A DNA stretch of 40,824 nucleotides from a virus. Lineage: Duplodnaviria; Caudoviricetes. The notes under the pieces are model-generated. The model had not been told where the DNA came from and did no database searches. It saw only the letters and a list, made by a program, of their open reading frames with translations. The stretch spans positions 1 to 40,824 of the IMG/VR virus record IMGVR_UViG_3300004776_000003; one strand, written 5' to 3'. The position numbers and the translations under genes were made by a program. Of the stretch, positions 8,376 to 17,054 are shown one piece after another (position 1 is the stretch's first letter; each line of letters starts with the position of its first letter).

Positions 8376-9836
8376 ATGAAACTTTACCAAGGACCGGGGG
8401 ATAGCATTGCAGCCAATGTGAACCCTAGAAGAGAGATGGAAATACTAGGACTACCGCTATGGTTGGTGGAGGAGGCTAAGAAGGTTGACGAGGCCAAGGA
8501 ACTTATCAGGGTGCTGGATGAAATTAATCCGAATATGTTTTTCAAGGAGCGAAATCAAAAGTTGTTACAGGTTTACAAAACACTCCACTCTAAAGACAAA
8601 ATACCATCATTGTCGGCGGTTCAATCTCAGTTGCAGGTATTAGGTTTCTGGACTGATATTAATACGGACATGGGGGGACGGTTTAACAACTCAGCCCTAC
8701 AGGAGTATGTCCAGAAGGGCGCCTGTCCTTTAACCTTCAAGTTCGAATACTGGGGGTTGGACTTCGATGACTATTATTTCGAAATACTTTATGAGTTACA
8801 GGAGTTACACACCAAAAGGACGGCTATCTATGCTGTAGAAAACATTTATAACATAGCAATGGAAACATGGAACCTAGATACCCCCAAGAAGATTATTAAA
8901 TATGCTCAATATCTCATTGCCAAGTTGTCAGAACCCAACAAGGATGAGTCCCCCCATGTCTTCTACAAGGACATAGCCAAACAAACTGTGGACCTTATTG
9001 ATGAAAAGAGAAGAGGCGAATATCAGTCTTTCTCGGTAAACTCTGGATTCGGGGATTTGGACCACATTCTAGGGGGATTTTTCCCGGGTAATCTCATTAT
9101 TCTGGCAGGGCGCCCGGGTATGGGTAAGACGGCCTTTGCCTTAGACATTGGTAGATGGATTTCAGATCGTAGTAATGTTGTTGTTTTTTTCTCATTTGAA
9201 ATGAACCGGGATGAGATAATTCACAGAATCATCAGTAAACAAACCGGGATTAATTTAAATAAACTGAGATCCGGGGATGTAACCGAATATCAGGTTGCCT
9301 CCATGTACGATAGAATAAACAAGGACAAAGACTTGTTTTGGATTGTAGACAAGAACCTAACGCCCGACGCTGTTGAGGCAAGGCTGAAAAAATTTCAAGA
9401 AGAAAAGCCGAAAGAGACTGTTCGAGTTGTCATTATAGATCACCTCCAGATCATGGGATCATCAGACACAAAGAGATTTGAGTCAAGGCACAGACAATTA
9501 GCGAGTTATACCAACCAACTAAAGGAACTTGCTAAACGTCTCCAGATCACAATTATTCTTTTGTCTCAGCTCAATAGAAATATAGAGGGGAGGCCGGTAT
9601 CACAAAGAAAACCTAGACTTAGCGATCTAAGAGAATCTGGCAGTATTGAGGAAAACGCAGATGTTGTCTTAGGGTTATGGAGGAAGTATGTGGATTCTGA
9701 AAGTATTGCCGACAAAAACCACGGACACCTAAGAATCTTGAAGAATCGAAATGGTCCAATAGATTCTATCCAACTATTTTGGACCCCTGAAACTGCATCG
9801 TTTTCCAGCATAGATACTATTCACAAGGAGGAATAA
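8376..9836 (+). CDS. dnaB: Replicative DNA helicase
   Basis: GRPGMGKT, FSFEM, IIDHLQ, LSQLNR, DLRESGSIEENAD, KNRNGP. Confidence 0.95.
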   Translation: MKLYQGPGDSIAANVNPRREMEILGLPLWLVEEAKKVDEAKELIRVLDEINPNMFFKERNQKLLQVYKTLHSKDKIPSLSAVQSQLQVLGFWTDINTDMGGRFNNSALQEYVQKGACPLTFKFEYWGLDFDDYYFEILYELQELHTKRTAIYAVENIYNIAMETWNLDTPKKIIKYAQYLIAKLSEPNKDESPHVFYKDIAKQTVDLIDEKRRGEYQSFSVNSGFGDLDHILGGFFPGNLIILAGRPGMGKTAFALDIGRWISDRSNVVVFFSFEMNRDEIIHRIISKQTGINLNKLRSGDVTEYQVASMYDRINKDKDLFWIVDKNLTPDAVEARLKKFQEEKPKETVRVVIIDHLQIMGSSDTKRFESRHRQLASYTNQLKELAKRLQITIILLSQLNRNIEGRPVSQRKPRLSDLRESGSIEENADVVLGLWRKYVDSESIADKNHGHLRILKNRNGPIDSIQLFWTPETASFSSIDTIHKEE

Positions 9837-9837
9837 C

Positions 9838-10305
9838 ATGGGAACTAATTTCTATTTGGCGTCTGCAAAGGAAGAAGACTTTGATTATGCTGATCCAACT
9901 ATCCACATAGGCAAACGCTCGGCTGCCGGTATCTGGTGTTGGGACTGTGGGGTGACGCTTTATATAGGTGGAGTCGAAGAACTTAACGGCAGGGGAGATG
10001 CTGGTTGGTATAATGCGTGCCCTGAGTGCGGAAAACCTCACCTCAAAGATGTAGAAAAACTTGATGACTCATCTGCCGGAAGAGAGCTGGGTTTCAACAA
10101 GAGCAGCCCTATGAAAAAGACGGGGATCAAATCCTGCTCTTCTTTCAACTGGGCAATGTGTCCCTCGATTCTGGAAAATTTGTCTACAAGGGGCAAACCG
10201 ATAAGGGATGAGTATGGAAGGTTTTATTCACTAAAGGACTTCTATGCGGTGTTGTCTGAATGTCCTGTGAGAAGATACGATTCAATAGGTAACTGGTTTA
10301 GTTAA
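9838..10305 (+). CDS. Phage hypothetical protein (MGTNFY...HIGKRS) with CxxC pairs
   Basis: AGGAGG RBS, operon position, Cys pairs. Confidence 0.65.
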   Translation: MGTNFYLASAKEEDFDYADPTIHIGKRSAAGIWCWDCGVTLYIGGVEELNGRGDAGWYNACPECGKPHLKDVEKLDDSSAGRELGFNKSSPMKKTGIKSCSSFNWAMCPSILENLSTRGKPIRDEYGRFYSLKDFYAVLSECPVRRYDSIGNWFS

Positions 10306-10318
10306 AAGGAGAATTGAA

Positions 10319-10606
10319 ATGCCGTATGAAAATGATGCCCCGATCCTGCATATTTGTGGGCTCTGGGAGAACGTGAGCAAGGCTGGAGACACTTACTTCA
10401 CTGGGACATGGGGAGGAGTTAAAGTCCTCATCTTAGTGAACAAAAATCCATTAGGTGAGAAGTCTCCCACACACACGATGAATTTTCAAGCTCTGTCAAA
10501 GAAGGAGAAAGAGGTTAAGAAAGAAGATTCCCCACGTTACGATACACACGATCCGGGGCCGGACTACCGAGAGTATAATGACAGAGGAGAGGAGATACCT
10601 TTCTGA
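10319..10606 (+). CDS. Probable small ssDNA-binding protein (DUF736-like) with SSB-type acidic tail
   Basis: GLWE..SK.G..YFTG core, C-terminal EEIPF. Confidence 0.55.
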   Translation: MPYENDAPILHICGLWENVSKAGDTYFTGTWGGVKVLILVNKNPLGEKSPTHTMNFQALSKKEKEVKKEDSPRYDTHDPGPDYREYNDRGEEIPF

Positions 10607-10770
10607 TGAAACTAATATGCGGGAAATGCAATGAAATTTTTCACTATGGCGGTTACTGGCACGAAGATTTAGGTTCTCCCATCTGCTATAGCTGCCTAGG
10701 CATAGAAGATGAGGCCGAAGAAGCCAGTTACCGCCACGACGAGGAAGACTACGATGATGAAGAAGAATAA
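10606..10770 (+). CDS. 54-aa Zn-finger protein with acidic tail (not in ORF track)
   Basis: MKLICGKC...ICYSCLG...DEEDYDDEEE; TGATG coupling and GGAGA RBS. Confidence 0.6.
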   Translation: MKLICGKCNEIFHYGGYWHEDLGSPICYSCLGIEDEAEEASYRHDEEDYDDEEE

Positions 10771-11128
10771 AACCTGTATCCAGTGCGGAACAAGTTTACC
10801 CAAACAGAAGAGTAAGTACTGCTCTGAGAAGTGCACAAAAGCCTTCTACAACACCCAATACCGGTTAAAAACCTTCGAGCCGGCCAGGATGCAGAACTGC
10901 AAACTTTGTGGTAAGGTTTTTCCCGCGTACAGACTCACTGACAAGTTTTGCTCCATCAAGTGCCGAGACAACTCCTACGTCTACAAGTGGCGTAAACGCA
11001 ACAAGATTAGAGAATGGCGGAGCTGCGGAATCTGCGGGGAACCATTTATGGCTATATACCAAACCACAACCTGCTGCCGCTCCTGCAACATTGAGCTTGG
11101 ATGGAACAGCCCATGGAGTAACCCATGA
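10754..11128 (+). CDS. Multi-zinc-finger protein
   Basis: Three CxxCG..(YF)CSxxC-type units. Confidence 0.65.
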   Translation: MMKKNKTCIQCGTSLPKQKSKYCSEKCTKAFYNTQYRLKTFEPARMQNCKLCGKVFPAYRLTDKFCSIKCRDNSYVYKWRKRNKIREWRSCGICGEPFMAIYQTTTCCRSCNIELGWNSPWSNP

Positions 11129-11415
11129 ACAAAAAAGCACGCGATAGGTTCGTGGACTATCTCATAAGACACGAGAGGGGTTATGTTAGATCGCTTGGCT
11201 GGTTCATCCAGACAACCTGGCCTGATAGGGTTTTTGAGAGCCTCAAAGATCTCGCGGCCTGGGCTGAGAATGCAGCCTACTTCACACCTCGCAACCTCAC
11301 GATTTTAATGAAGTCTTGGGACGAATACGAAAGGAGCATGAAGGATGTCCGGAAAGAAAGACAAAACAATTCAGTATCGAAAGAAGGTAAAAGGGCTGAT
11401 GGTGGAGAGGAATAG
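11125..11415 (+). CDS. Hypothetical protein
   Basis: ATGA coupling, GGAG RBS. Confidence 0.55.
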   Translation: MNKKARDRFVDYLIRHERGYVRSLGWFIQTTWPDRVFESLKDLAAWAENAAYFTPRNLTILMKSWDEYERSMKDVRKERQNNSVSKEGKRADGGEE

Positions 11416-11578
11416 ACTTCAGATTTTCTTTCAGGGGTTTTGGCTTCAGCACCTCGGGATGGTTGATGAGCTGGATCACCTGCTTCGGGAGGAACCGATT
11501 GATGTAGGCCAGGCTCTCCTCAAACTCAACGAGCTTCGGAACATTGTAACTCCGGCCAAGGTAGAGGGAACACCATGA
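11399..11578 (+). CDS. Hypothetical protein
   Basis: Fills the operon gap; ATGA-coupled to the next ORF. Confidence 0.45.
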   Translation: MVERNRLQIFFQGFWLQHLGMVDELDHLLREEPIDVGQALLKLNELRNIVTPAKVEGTP

Positions 11579-11697
11579 CTCAGCTTATAACACCCTTCAT
11601 CACATTCCTTGTTGGTTTCCTATTGGGACTGTGTCTAGGGGGACTGTGTATCTATTTAACAATAAAGGAGAATCAGAATGATTCGAGACTGGTGTAA
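11575..11697 (+). CDS. 40-aa single-TM peptide (not in ORF track)
   Basis: MTQLITPFITFLVGFLLGLCLGGLCIYLTIKENQNDSRLV; GAGGG RBS. Confidence 0.5.
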   Translation: MTQLITPFITFLVGFLLGLCLGGLCIYLTIKENQNDSRLV

Positions 11698-11965
11698 GGT
11701 TTGTAACCAGCCATGGAACAATCAAGCAATCGACGGTGAACCGGCGGGCCATTTTTGCCTGCCAAAGGAGAGAGAGAAAATGAGCGAATATGGAATCCGC
11801 TGGACTAGACTTCAAGACTGGATGCAACACCTTCAGCGAAAGGGATCTGGGTTAAATGATACCCCGATTAATCCAGACAACGACACTTATAATCGTGGCT
11901 TCCAAGACTGCGTTGAGATGATTTGCCGGTGGATGGAAGCAGATCTTTTGCCACCAAAGGACTAA
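11678..11965 (+). CDS. Hypothetical protein (possible alternative start at 11780)
   Basis: AAGGAG RBS before both ATGs. Confidence 0.55.
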   Translation: MIRDWCKVCNQPWNNQAIDGEPAGHFCLPKEREKMSEYGIRWTRLQDWMQHLQRKGSGLNDTPINPDNDTYNRGFQDCVEMICRWMEADLLPPKD

Positions 11966-11976
11966 AGGAGAGCAGC

Positions 11977-12252
11977 ATGAACTACGTTACCAAACTGGCA
12001 GATGTCAACTGCAAAAGCTGCATATGGAACGATCCTTGCCGCGATGGGGACCAATGCAGACATGCAACAGGCCTCATCTATGAACCAACATCCTATTGTT
12101 CAAATGGCAACTGGCTTTTCGAAATCCCCGGTGAGCCTTACATGGCGAATGTCATGCCTCAGAAGTTGGTAGACATCTATGTCCTGCTTCGAACTAAGGA
12201 CAGAATGGATAGAGAAGCAGAGGAGCGGAAGGAGGGAGGCAATGTCGATTAA
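11977..12252 (+). CDS. Small Cys-rich protein, HiPIP-like motif
   Basis: CKSCIW...QCRH...YCSNGNW; AAGGAG RBS. Confidence 0.6.
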   Translation: MNYVTKLADVNCKSCIWNDPCRDGDQCRHATGLIYEPTSYCSNGNWLFEIPGEPYMANVMPQKLVDIYVLLRTKDRMDREAEERKEGGNVD

Positions 12253-12625
12253 GGAAGGCAAATTTGTCCGTGATGAATATGGGAGGCAGTTTGTTGCCAA
12301 AGAGTCCCTTAATTCCTCAACTACGTTTCCCTTGTCTGATCCAGACTGGGCTGAATGTGAGGAAGTCTGGGCCAGGGCAGAGAGATTGAAGCGGCTCGAG
12401 GACACAGTGATAATGCTAACCGACAGGGTGAATCAGTGCAACATTAGGATTGCAGTCCTTGAAACGTCTCCCCTGGAGAAGATACCTGAACCTCGGGAGC
12501 GAGTCTGTGATAGTTGTAAATGGGGGACACCAATAAACGACTACAAAAACATTGACTGTCATTATGATCCTCATGCAGTACGCCACACCCCTGACTGGTG
12601 GTGCTCGAGATGGGAGGAGAAATGA
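12242..12625 (+). CDS. Coiled-coil protein with C-terminal HiPIP-like Cys4 domain
   Basis: CDSCKW...DCHYDP...WWCSRW; GGAGG RBS. Confidence 0.6.
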   Translation: MSIKEGKFVRDEYGRQFVAKESLNSSTTFPLSDPDWAECEEVWARAERLKRLEDTVIMLTDRVNQCNIRIAVLETSPLEKIPEPRERVCDSCKWGTPINDYKNIDCHYDPHAVRHTPDWWCSRWEEK

Positions 12626-12930
12626 TACAAAAATGGAATTACCCTGAAGTAGACTATCAATATGTTCAGACTACAAAAGGTTCCCTCCTGTGGGCGGTTT
12701 GGGCAGCGCAACACACGACTGTCTTCCATGATGGGGTTAAGGGCCTTGAGAACGACCTAACCCCGATCTTCCCCAGAACCCTTAGTCTCAGTGATTACAA
12801 TCACATAATTCAGCTTATCGTTGACAACAATAAGCCTCCAACCAGGCACCTGCTCCCCTTGGACGGTTGGTATGCCGAGGAGCTGCCTCAGCCTTGTGGT
12901 ATGGGGGGATTCGGACTGGAGCCGCTATGA
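12622..12930 (+). CDS. Hypothetical protein
   Basis: ATGA coupling, GGAGG RBS. Confidence 0.55.
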   Translation: MIQKWNYPEVDYQYVQTTKGSLLWAVWAAQHTTVFHDGVKGLENDLTPIFPRTLSLSDYNHIIQLIVDNNKPPTRHLLPLDGWYAEELPQPCGMGGFGLEPL

Positions 12931-13130
12931 CAGGGCACCTGAATTATGACTTGCTCCTCATCAGGACTGATATCCTGGGGCTTATTAAAAGAGTAGCAAT
13001 GGCAGCAAGGCAAACTCGTAGTGGGGATGTTTATTGGGCCTTAAGCCCCATTCTCAAACAGCTCACTTACATCTACCGCGTTAACGGAGGGAAACTAAAT
13101 GCCGACAGTAATAAAAAAATGCACCTGTAG
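12927..13130 (+). CDS. Hypothetical protein, paralog of 13828-14028
   Basis: ATGA coupling; shares IL.LIK....ARQ and L..IYR..G.K. Confidence 0.55.
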   Translation: MTGHLNYDLLLIRTDILGLIKRVAMAARQTRSGDVYWALSPILKQLTYIYRVNGGKLNADSNKKMHL

Positions 13131-13287
13131 CCATGGCTATCAGGACAAAACCTATGGCCCTAAACTCAGGGTTCACAACCTATGTAAGCCCACTGGAGGT
13201 AAGTTCCTGGGGGCCACATGCACCGTATGTAATCATATGGAGCTATTTAAGGATGGAGGTAAAAATGTCCTGCCCCAAACCAGGTGA
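13099..13287 (+). CDS. Small Zn-binding protein
   Basis: CTC.H.YQD..YG...RVHN...CTVC; GGAGG RBS. Confidence 0.6.
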   Translation: MPTVIKKCTCSHGYQDKTYGPKLRVHNLCKPTGGKFLGATCTVCNHMELFKDGGKNVLPQTR

Positions 13288-13432
13288 GAGTTGCGGTAGT
13301 TGTAAGTATTCCCTCGCCACCGAAAAGAAGTGTCTGGTGAAGTGTGCTTTGGGGCGGGGTGTTTTGAGAACACGGGAATCCTGGTGTGAGTCATGGCAGC
13401 CTATTCAAAAACCAATATGGAGCGAATTATGA
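13265..13432 (+). CDS. Small Cys-rich protein, HiPIP-like motif
   Basis: CGSCKY...KCAL...SWCESW; GGAGGT RBS. Confidence 0.6.
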   Translation: MSCPKPGESCGSCKYSLATEKKCLVKCALGRGVLRTRESWCESWQPIQKPIWSEL

Positions 13433-13665
13433 CATTCCCTCAGTATATCCTAACGGACGACGAGATAACCACCATCAATGCCAACTTCCTTATCATAGGT
13501 AATGCTGTTGCAGATTTGTATGAAGTTATAAATGAGCCACTGGTGGGAACTGCCACTATAAAACATAGGGCGATAACAGATATTGCCCGTATAGATTTAG
13601 CCCTCAACAACCTACGCCCCCTGATAACGCATCTTTATGAATTGCAAGGTAAGGAGAACAAATGA
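13429..13665 (+). CDS. Hypothetical helical protein
   Basis: ATGA coupling, GGAG RBS. Confidence 0.55.
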   Translation: MTFPQYILTDDEITTINANFLIIGNAVADLYEVINEPLVGTATIKHRAITDIARIDLALNNLRPLITHLYELQGKENK

Positions 13666-13838
13666 ACCTCACTGCAACAGGTGCTTGGCGGTTCCCTTTT
13701 TGGATGAGAATGGATATCCCAAAGACCAGTGATGGTCCTGATGTCTTTAACTACCTTCAAGACCTTTGGTTGTTAAGACAACTTCAAGGGTTTGAGCCGC
13801 AAAGTACAGCAATAGAAATGCGAGGGAATGATGAATGA
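13662..13838 (+). CDS. 58-aa hypothetical protein (not in ORF track)
   Basis: AAGGAG RBS, ATGA coupling; MNLTATGAWRFPFW... Confidence 0.5.
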   Translation: MNLTATGAWRFPFWMRMDIPKTSDGPDVFNYLQDLWLLRQLQGFEPQSTAIEMRGNDE

Positions 13839-14028
13839 AGAAATTCAACTCTTACACCATTATATACTAGACCTGATTAAGTTCGCCTGTAAACGAGCTA
13901 GACAGCATAATCATGATAGGCATCACTCAATAGGAACTAGGGCATGGGCTTATGAGTTTTTACATAATGAATGTACCATGTACATCAGGGAGCTGGTGTG
14001 GATTTATCGTCAAACAGGAGACAAATAA
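13828..14028 (+). CDS. Hypothetical protein, paralog of 12927-13130
   Basis: GAGGG RBS; shared motifs. Confidence 0.55.
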   Translation: MMNEEIQLLHHYILDLIKFACKRARQHNHDRHHSIGTRAWAYEFLHNECTMYIRELVWIYRQTGDK

Positions 14029-14240
14029 TGATACGGAAAGGTTATCATGATGTGGATGAATTTTATCCTGAAGATAGAGTCATGACCTCAGAAGAAAGAT
14101 GGAATAAATTGAGGAAGTATGTTGAGAATGAGGTACCAATATTAGATGAAAAACCGTCAGTGATACTAGATTTTCTAGCTGGCTATGGAAATGCTTTACA
14201 GGATATTTTAAATGAGATGGCTGAACTGGAGAAGAAATGA
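14028..14240 (+). CDS. Hypothetical protein, W..L(K/R)...ELE family
   Basis: RWNKLRK...GYGNALQDILNEMAELEKK. Confidence 0.6.
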   Translation: MIRKGYHDVDEFYPEDRVMTSEERWNKLRKYVENEVPILDEKPSVILDFLAGYGNALQDILNEMAELEKK

Positions 14241-14446
14241 AACTTCCCACGGTAGATTATGAACTTAGATATCGAGAGATGTATGATAGATGGACTGAGT
14301 TGAAGCGAATCCTTACAACCACAAACTCAAAAGATGTCCTTACAGATGTTCCAAACAATACTTATTTTACCTGTGACCAACGATGGGGATGGGACGATGC
14401 TCTAAATTGGATAGAAATGAAGATGAAAGAACTGGAAGAAAAATGA
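14237..14446 (+). CDS. Hypothetical protein, W..L(K/R)...ELE family
   Basis: RWTELKR...GWDDALNWIEMKMKELEEK. Confidence 0.6.
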   Translation: MKLPTVDYELRYREMYDRWTELKRILTTTNSKDVLTDVPNNTYFTCDQRWGWDDALNWIEMKMKELEEK

Positions 14447-14673
14447 AAATACCTCGTTGCGATGGTTCTGCGTCAGACTGTAATCGTACCCTCAAAGAAC
14501 TCCACATACAGCAGTTTATGTGGAGAACACTTAAAAGTCGTATCGAACAAGAAATCCTGGACCTCTGCGATACAGCTGCGGATAGGACTGTGAAGGAGAT
14601 ATGTGCTGAACAGGAAGGTATGATGCGGATACAGGAGATTATAAAGGAGCTGGAGGAAAATGATCGAGATTAA
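14443..14673 (+). CDS. Hypothetical protein, W..L(K/R)...ELE family
   Basis: MWRTLKS...EGMMRIQEIIKELEE. Confidence 0.6.
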   Translation: MKIPRCDGSASDCNRTLKELHIQQFMWRTLKSRIEQEILDLCDTAADRTVKEICAEQEGMMRIQEIIKELEENDRD

Positions 14674-14866
14674 ACCTGAGTGCCACTGTGAGAACCCCGC
14701 ACTGGAAAAAGCCAAGGAGAAGGGTTACGAGCTGGTATGTCCGGACTGCTGGAGGTGGAGGAAGCCGAAGTTTGTCTACCCGGCAATGCCAGAGGAGCAG
14801 ATGAAAGAGCTGTTCACCAACGTCATAACCAGAATGTTTACAGTAGCAGCGGGGATAAACAAATGA
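14660..14866 (+). CDS. Small Zn-binding protein
   Basis: CHC..P...CPDC; GGAGG RBS. Confidence 0.55.
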   Translation: MIEIKPECHCENPALEKAKEKGYELVCPDCWRWRKPKFVYPAMPEEQMKELFTNVITRMFTVAAGINK

Positions 14867-15129
14867 TCCCCAGACATCAACGCACATGCTTCACCTGCAT
14901 CTATTGGAGGCCTATATACGACGAGGATCTAGGCTGGTGTCACCTCAAACCTGAACCTATGTGGGTGCCCTCCAATGCCTTCTGCTCTCATGGCCAGTGG
15001 GAGTGGCTCTCAGATAGAGGCTACCTCTACGTTATCAAGTATGCCGATGAACCAGTGGTAGGGTTTACAGAGAAGGAGAAGTTGCCAGAGAGGGGGACGA
15101 GTCTCTACGAGTGGGACCCGCACCTATAA
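14863..15129 (+). CDS. Small Cys4 protein, HiPIP-like motif
   Basis: CFTCIYW...GWCHLKP...FCSHGQW. Confidence 0.62.
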   Translation: MIPRHQRTCFTCIYWRPIYDEDLGWCHLKPEPMWVPSNAFCSHGQWEWLSDRGYLYVIKYADEPVVGFTEKEKLPERGTSLYEWDPHL

Positions 15130-15518
15130 TGAGAGCTATTCATTGAGGCCCAGGGAATTAAGAGAGGAGTAAGAGGGGATTAGGACCGGACAACTCGTAA
15201 GACTCGTCGCAAGAAAGGAGACAGTAGTGAGAAGAGGTAAGTGAAGTTTGATTGAGCTGGACTTAACAATACAGATTGTATTAAGCAGCTTCCAAGAGAG
15301 TCGCTTGAGGAACAAGCTCCTATAACTCCTAATCTTTATGCTTGTCAAGGAGAAACTTCTGGAGCCCTATATTATAGACACTTTTTTCTTATTAGTAATC
15401 ATTACTGATAAGGCTGATTGTATAAGCATTATAGCTACATACCTGAATCTTAAGTATTCAGCGTGGTTTACTATCTAGTTGATATTAGAGATGTTTATTT
15501 TAGGTGGGGGGGCGTATC

Positions 15519-15698
15519 ATGGAAGAATTAAAAAAGCGGTTGGATATTGAGATAGAGAAGGCCGAAGCATTATGTGAGGAGTTTAGGACTTCGAACCTGG
15601 TGCTTGTAGCTCAAAATTATTTGGACGGGTTACTGAAGTGCAGAGAACTCATCAGGGAGATAGAGAAGGAGGAGCAAAGAGATGGAACAGAGAAGTAG
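15519..15698 (+). CDS. Hypothetical helical protein
   Basis: G-rich RBS; resembles the ELE family. Confidence 0.5.
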   Translation: MEELKKRLDIEIEKAEALCEEFRTSNLVLVAQNYLDGLLKCRELIREIEKEEQRDGTEK

Positions 15699-15858
15699 GA
15701 CTAATCAGAGCGATGGCATAGTTTATACGGAGGCCAGTAGTATAAAATTCAAGACTGACAATGAGGTGCTTCGGGACATGATAAAGGAGTTGGAGCGGAG
15801 GCTAAGTAAGGTTGAGGAGGTTGTTCGTAGCCTCAAATGTTTAAAGAAAGACGGGTGA
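15682..15858 (+). CDS. 58-aa coiled-coil protein (not in ORF track)
   Basis: GGAGGAG RBS; MEQRSRTN...IKELERRLSKVEE. Confidence 0.5.
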   Translation: MEQRSRTNQSDGIVYTEASSIKFKTDNEVLRDMIKELERRLSKVEEVVRSLKCLKKDG

Positions 15859-15859
15859 T

Positions 15860-16360
15860 TGTTCATTGTTCAAACAGCGAACAAACAAGTAGGCGAAAAC
15901 AGGTGGAATTCGGGACACGAGAACACGAGCCCCATTTCTAAGCAACCTTGGACTTTTTATATATAAGCGTACCGACAGGCTCAGGGGGGTCCCAGCCCGG
16001 CCTGGCCCGCCTCCCTGGACCTGGCTGCCTGGCCGCACATGATCCGCCCATGTAACACAGGCTAACCCTCGGCTATCCTTAATCATACGCAACGCAACGC
16101 ACAACGAAAGTCCTTCCGCTTTGATTGCCCATACTCGGAAGCACAATTTTCGGCCCAAAAAGTGCCTCGTTATGTCTTGGGTGACATAAGCCTATCAAAG
16201 TAGAGCTACACATTCCTCCACACATTCTTTTACACACACATCGTACGCGTACTAACTCCTTGTCCTACTACCTTGTGTCTACCTAGACATAGCAATCCTC
16301 CTCATATCCTTGTTCTTAGATGCAACTTTACCTAAACTTTATTTCCCTACATCCCTATAT
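15860..16360. other. Non-coding region, putative physical genome end / packaging-site region
   Basis: No credible ORF. TTATATATAA palindrome (15957-15966), GGGGGGTCCC followed by a GC-rich CCTGG tract, and a switch from G/A-rich to C-rich + strand near 15990. An early-type cassette follows. Confidence 0.35.
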
Positions 16361-16364
16361 TTTG

Positions 16365-16392
16365 GGAACTCTCAGGAAACCCCGTTGTCTAA
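16365..16392 (+). promoter_or_regulatory. ECF (sigmaE-type) promoter
   Basis: GGAACT (16365-16370)-16 nt-GTCTAA (16387-16392). Confidence 0.55.
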
Positions 16393-16588
16393 ACCACTAA
16401 AAGCCAAAAAAAGGAAACAAACCACACTCAACAACTTGCAACATCCAGTTAGCACCACTAGACAACAAGTCCTTAAGAGTTAGGACACCGTAACCTAACC
16501 TTAAATGTTACGGGATTATCGCAAGAGTAACAGCTTGCTTGATAAGGCCTATTGGGGCCGAAATAATCTAACCTTGAAAGGAAACACA

Positions 16589-16753
16589 ATGTTTAATCAG
16601 GACTTCACCATGGAGGAGTTTCACCGTATCATGTTGGATGCCGACACCTTGCTGGACTCCAATGACACTGACTACCTCGAAGCCGTTGCCGAAGCTGGTG
16701 ACTACTTGGACCGACACTTCATCGACTTCATCTCAACACCACTTACTTTTTAA
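16589..16753 (+). CDS. 54-aa acidic early protein
   Basis: GAAAGGAAACAC RBS then ATG 16589; strongly acidic. Confidence 0.6.
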   Translation: MFNQDFTMEEFHRIMLDADTLLDSNDTDYLEAVAEAGDYLDRHFIDFISTPLTF

Positions 16754-16786
16754 CATCCTCTAACACTTAAGAAAGGAAACAAGACT

Positions 16787-16966
16787 ATGGCAACAAAAGG
16801 CATGACTATCGAAAAAAAGGGTAACAGCATCCTTATTACTATTCCCGATGTAACGAAAAACTTTGGTCCATCAGCTTCCGGCAAAACTTTGATTATTGCC
16901 ACAACTTCAGGGGCCGAAAAGATTGATGGAATATCTGTCAACTTGAACGTGTATGTAGCGAAGTAG
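16787..16966 (+). CDS. 59-aa conserved small beta-rich protein (GPSASGKT...NVY family; not in ORF track)
   Basis: MATKGMTIEKKGNSILITIPDVTKNFGPSASGKTLIIATTSGAEKIDGISVNLNVYVAK; GAAAGGAAACA RBS. Confidence 0.75.
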   Translation: MATKGMTIEKKGNSILITIPDVTKNFGPSASGKTLIIATTSGAEKIDGISVNLNVYVAK

Positions 16967-17054
16967 TTAACTCTTGAAACCTTGCCCTGGACTTAGCTAC
17001 CAGGGCAATCTTCAGGTGTTAAAGCCTGTTTATGTCCCATTGAAAGGAAACACT

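Noticed and set aside
15841-16158. 105-aa minus-strand ORF in the putative terminus region
   Set aside because: No RBS or motif, opposite to local gene direction, spans low-complexity GC tracts
16505-17054. Upstream in-frame starts at 16505 and 16974
   Set aside because: They run through leader hairpins; ATGs at 16589 and 17055 follow the conserved GAAAGGAAACAC RBS
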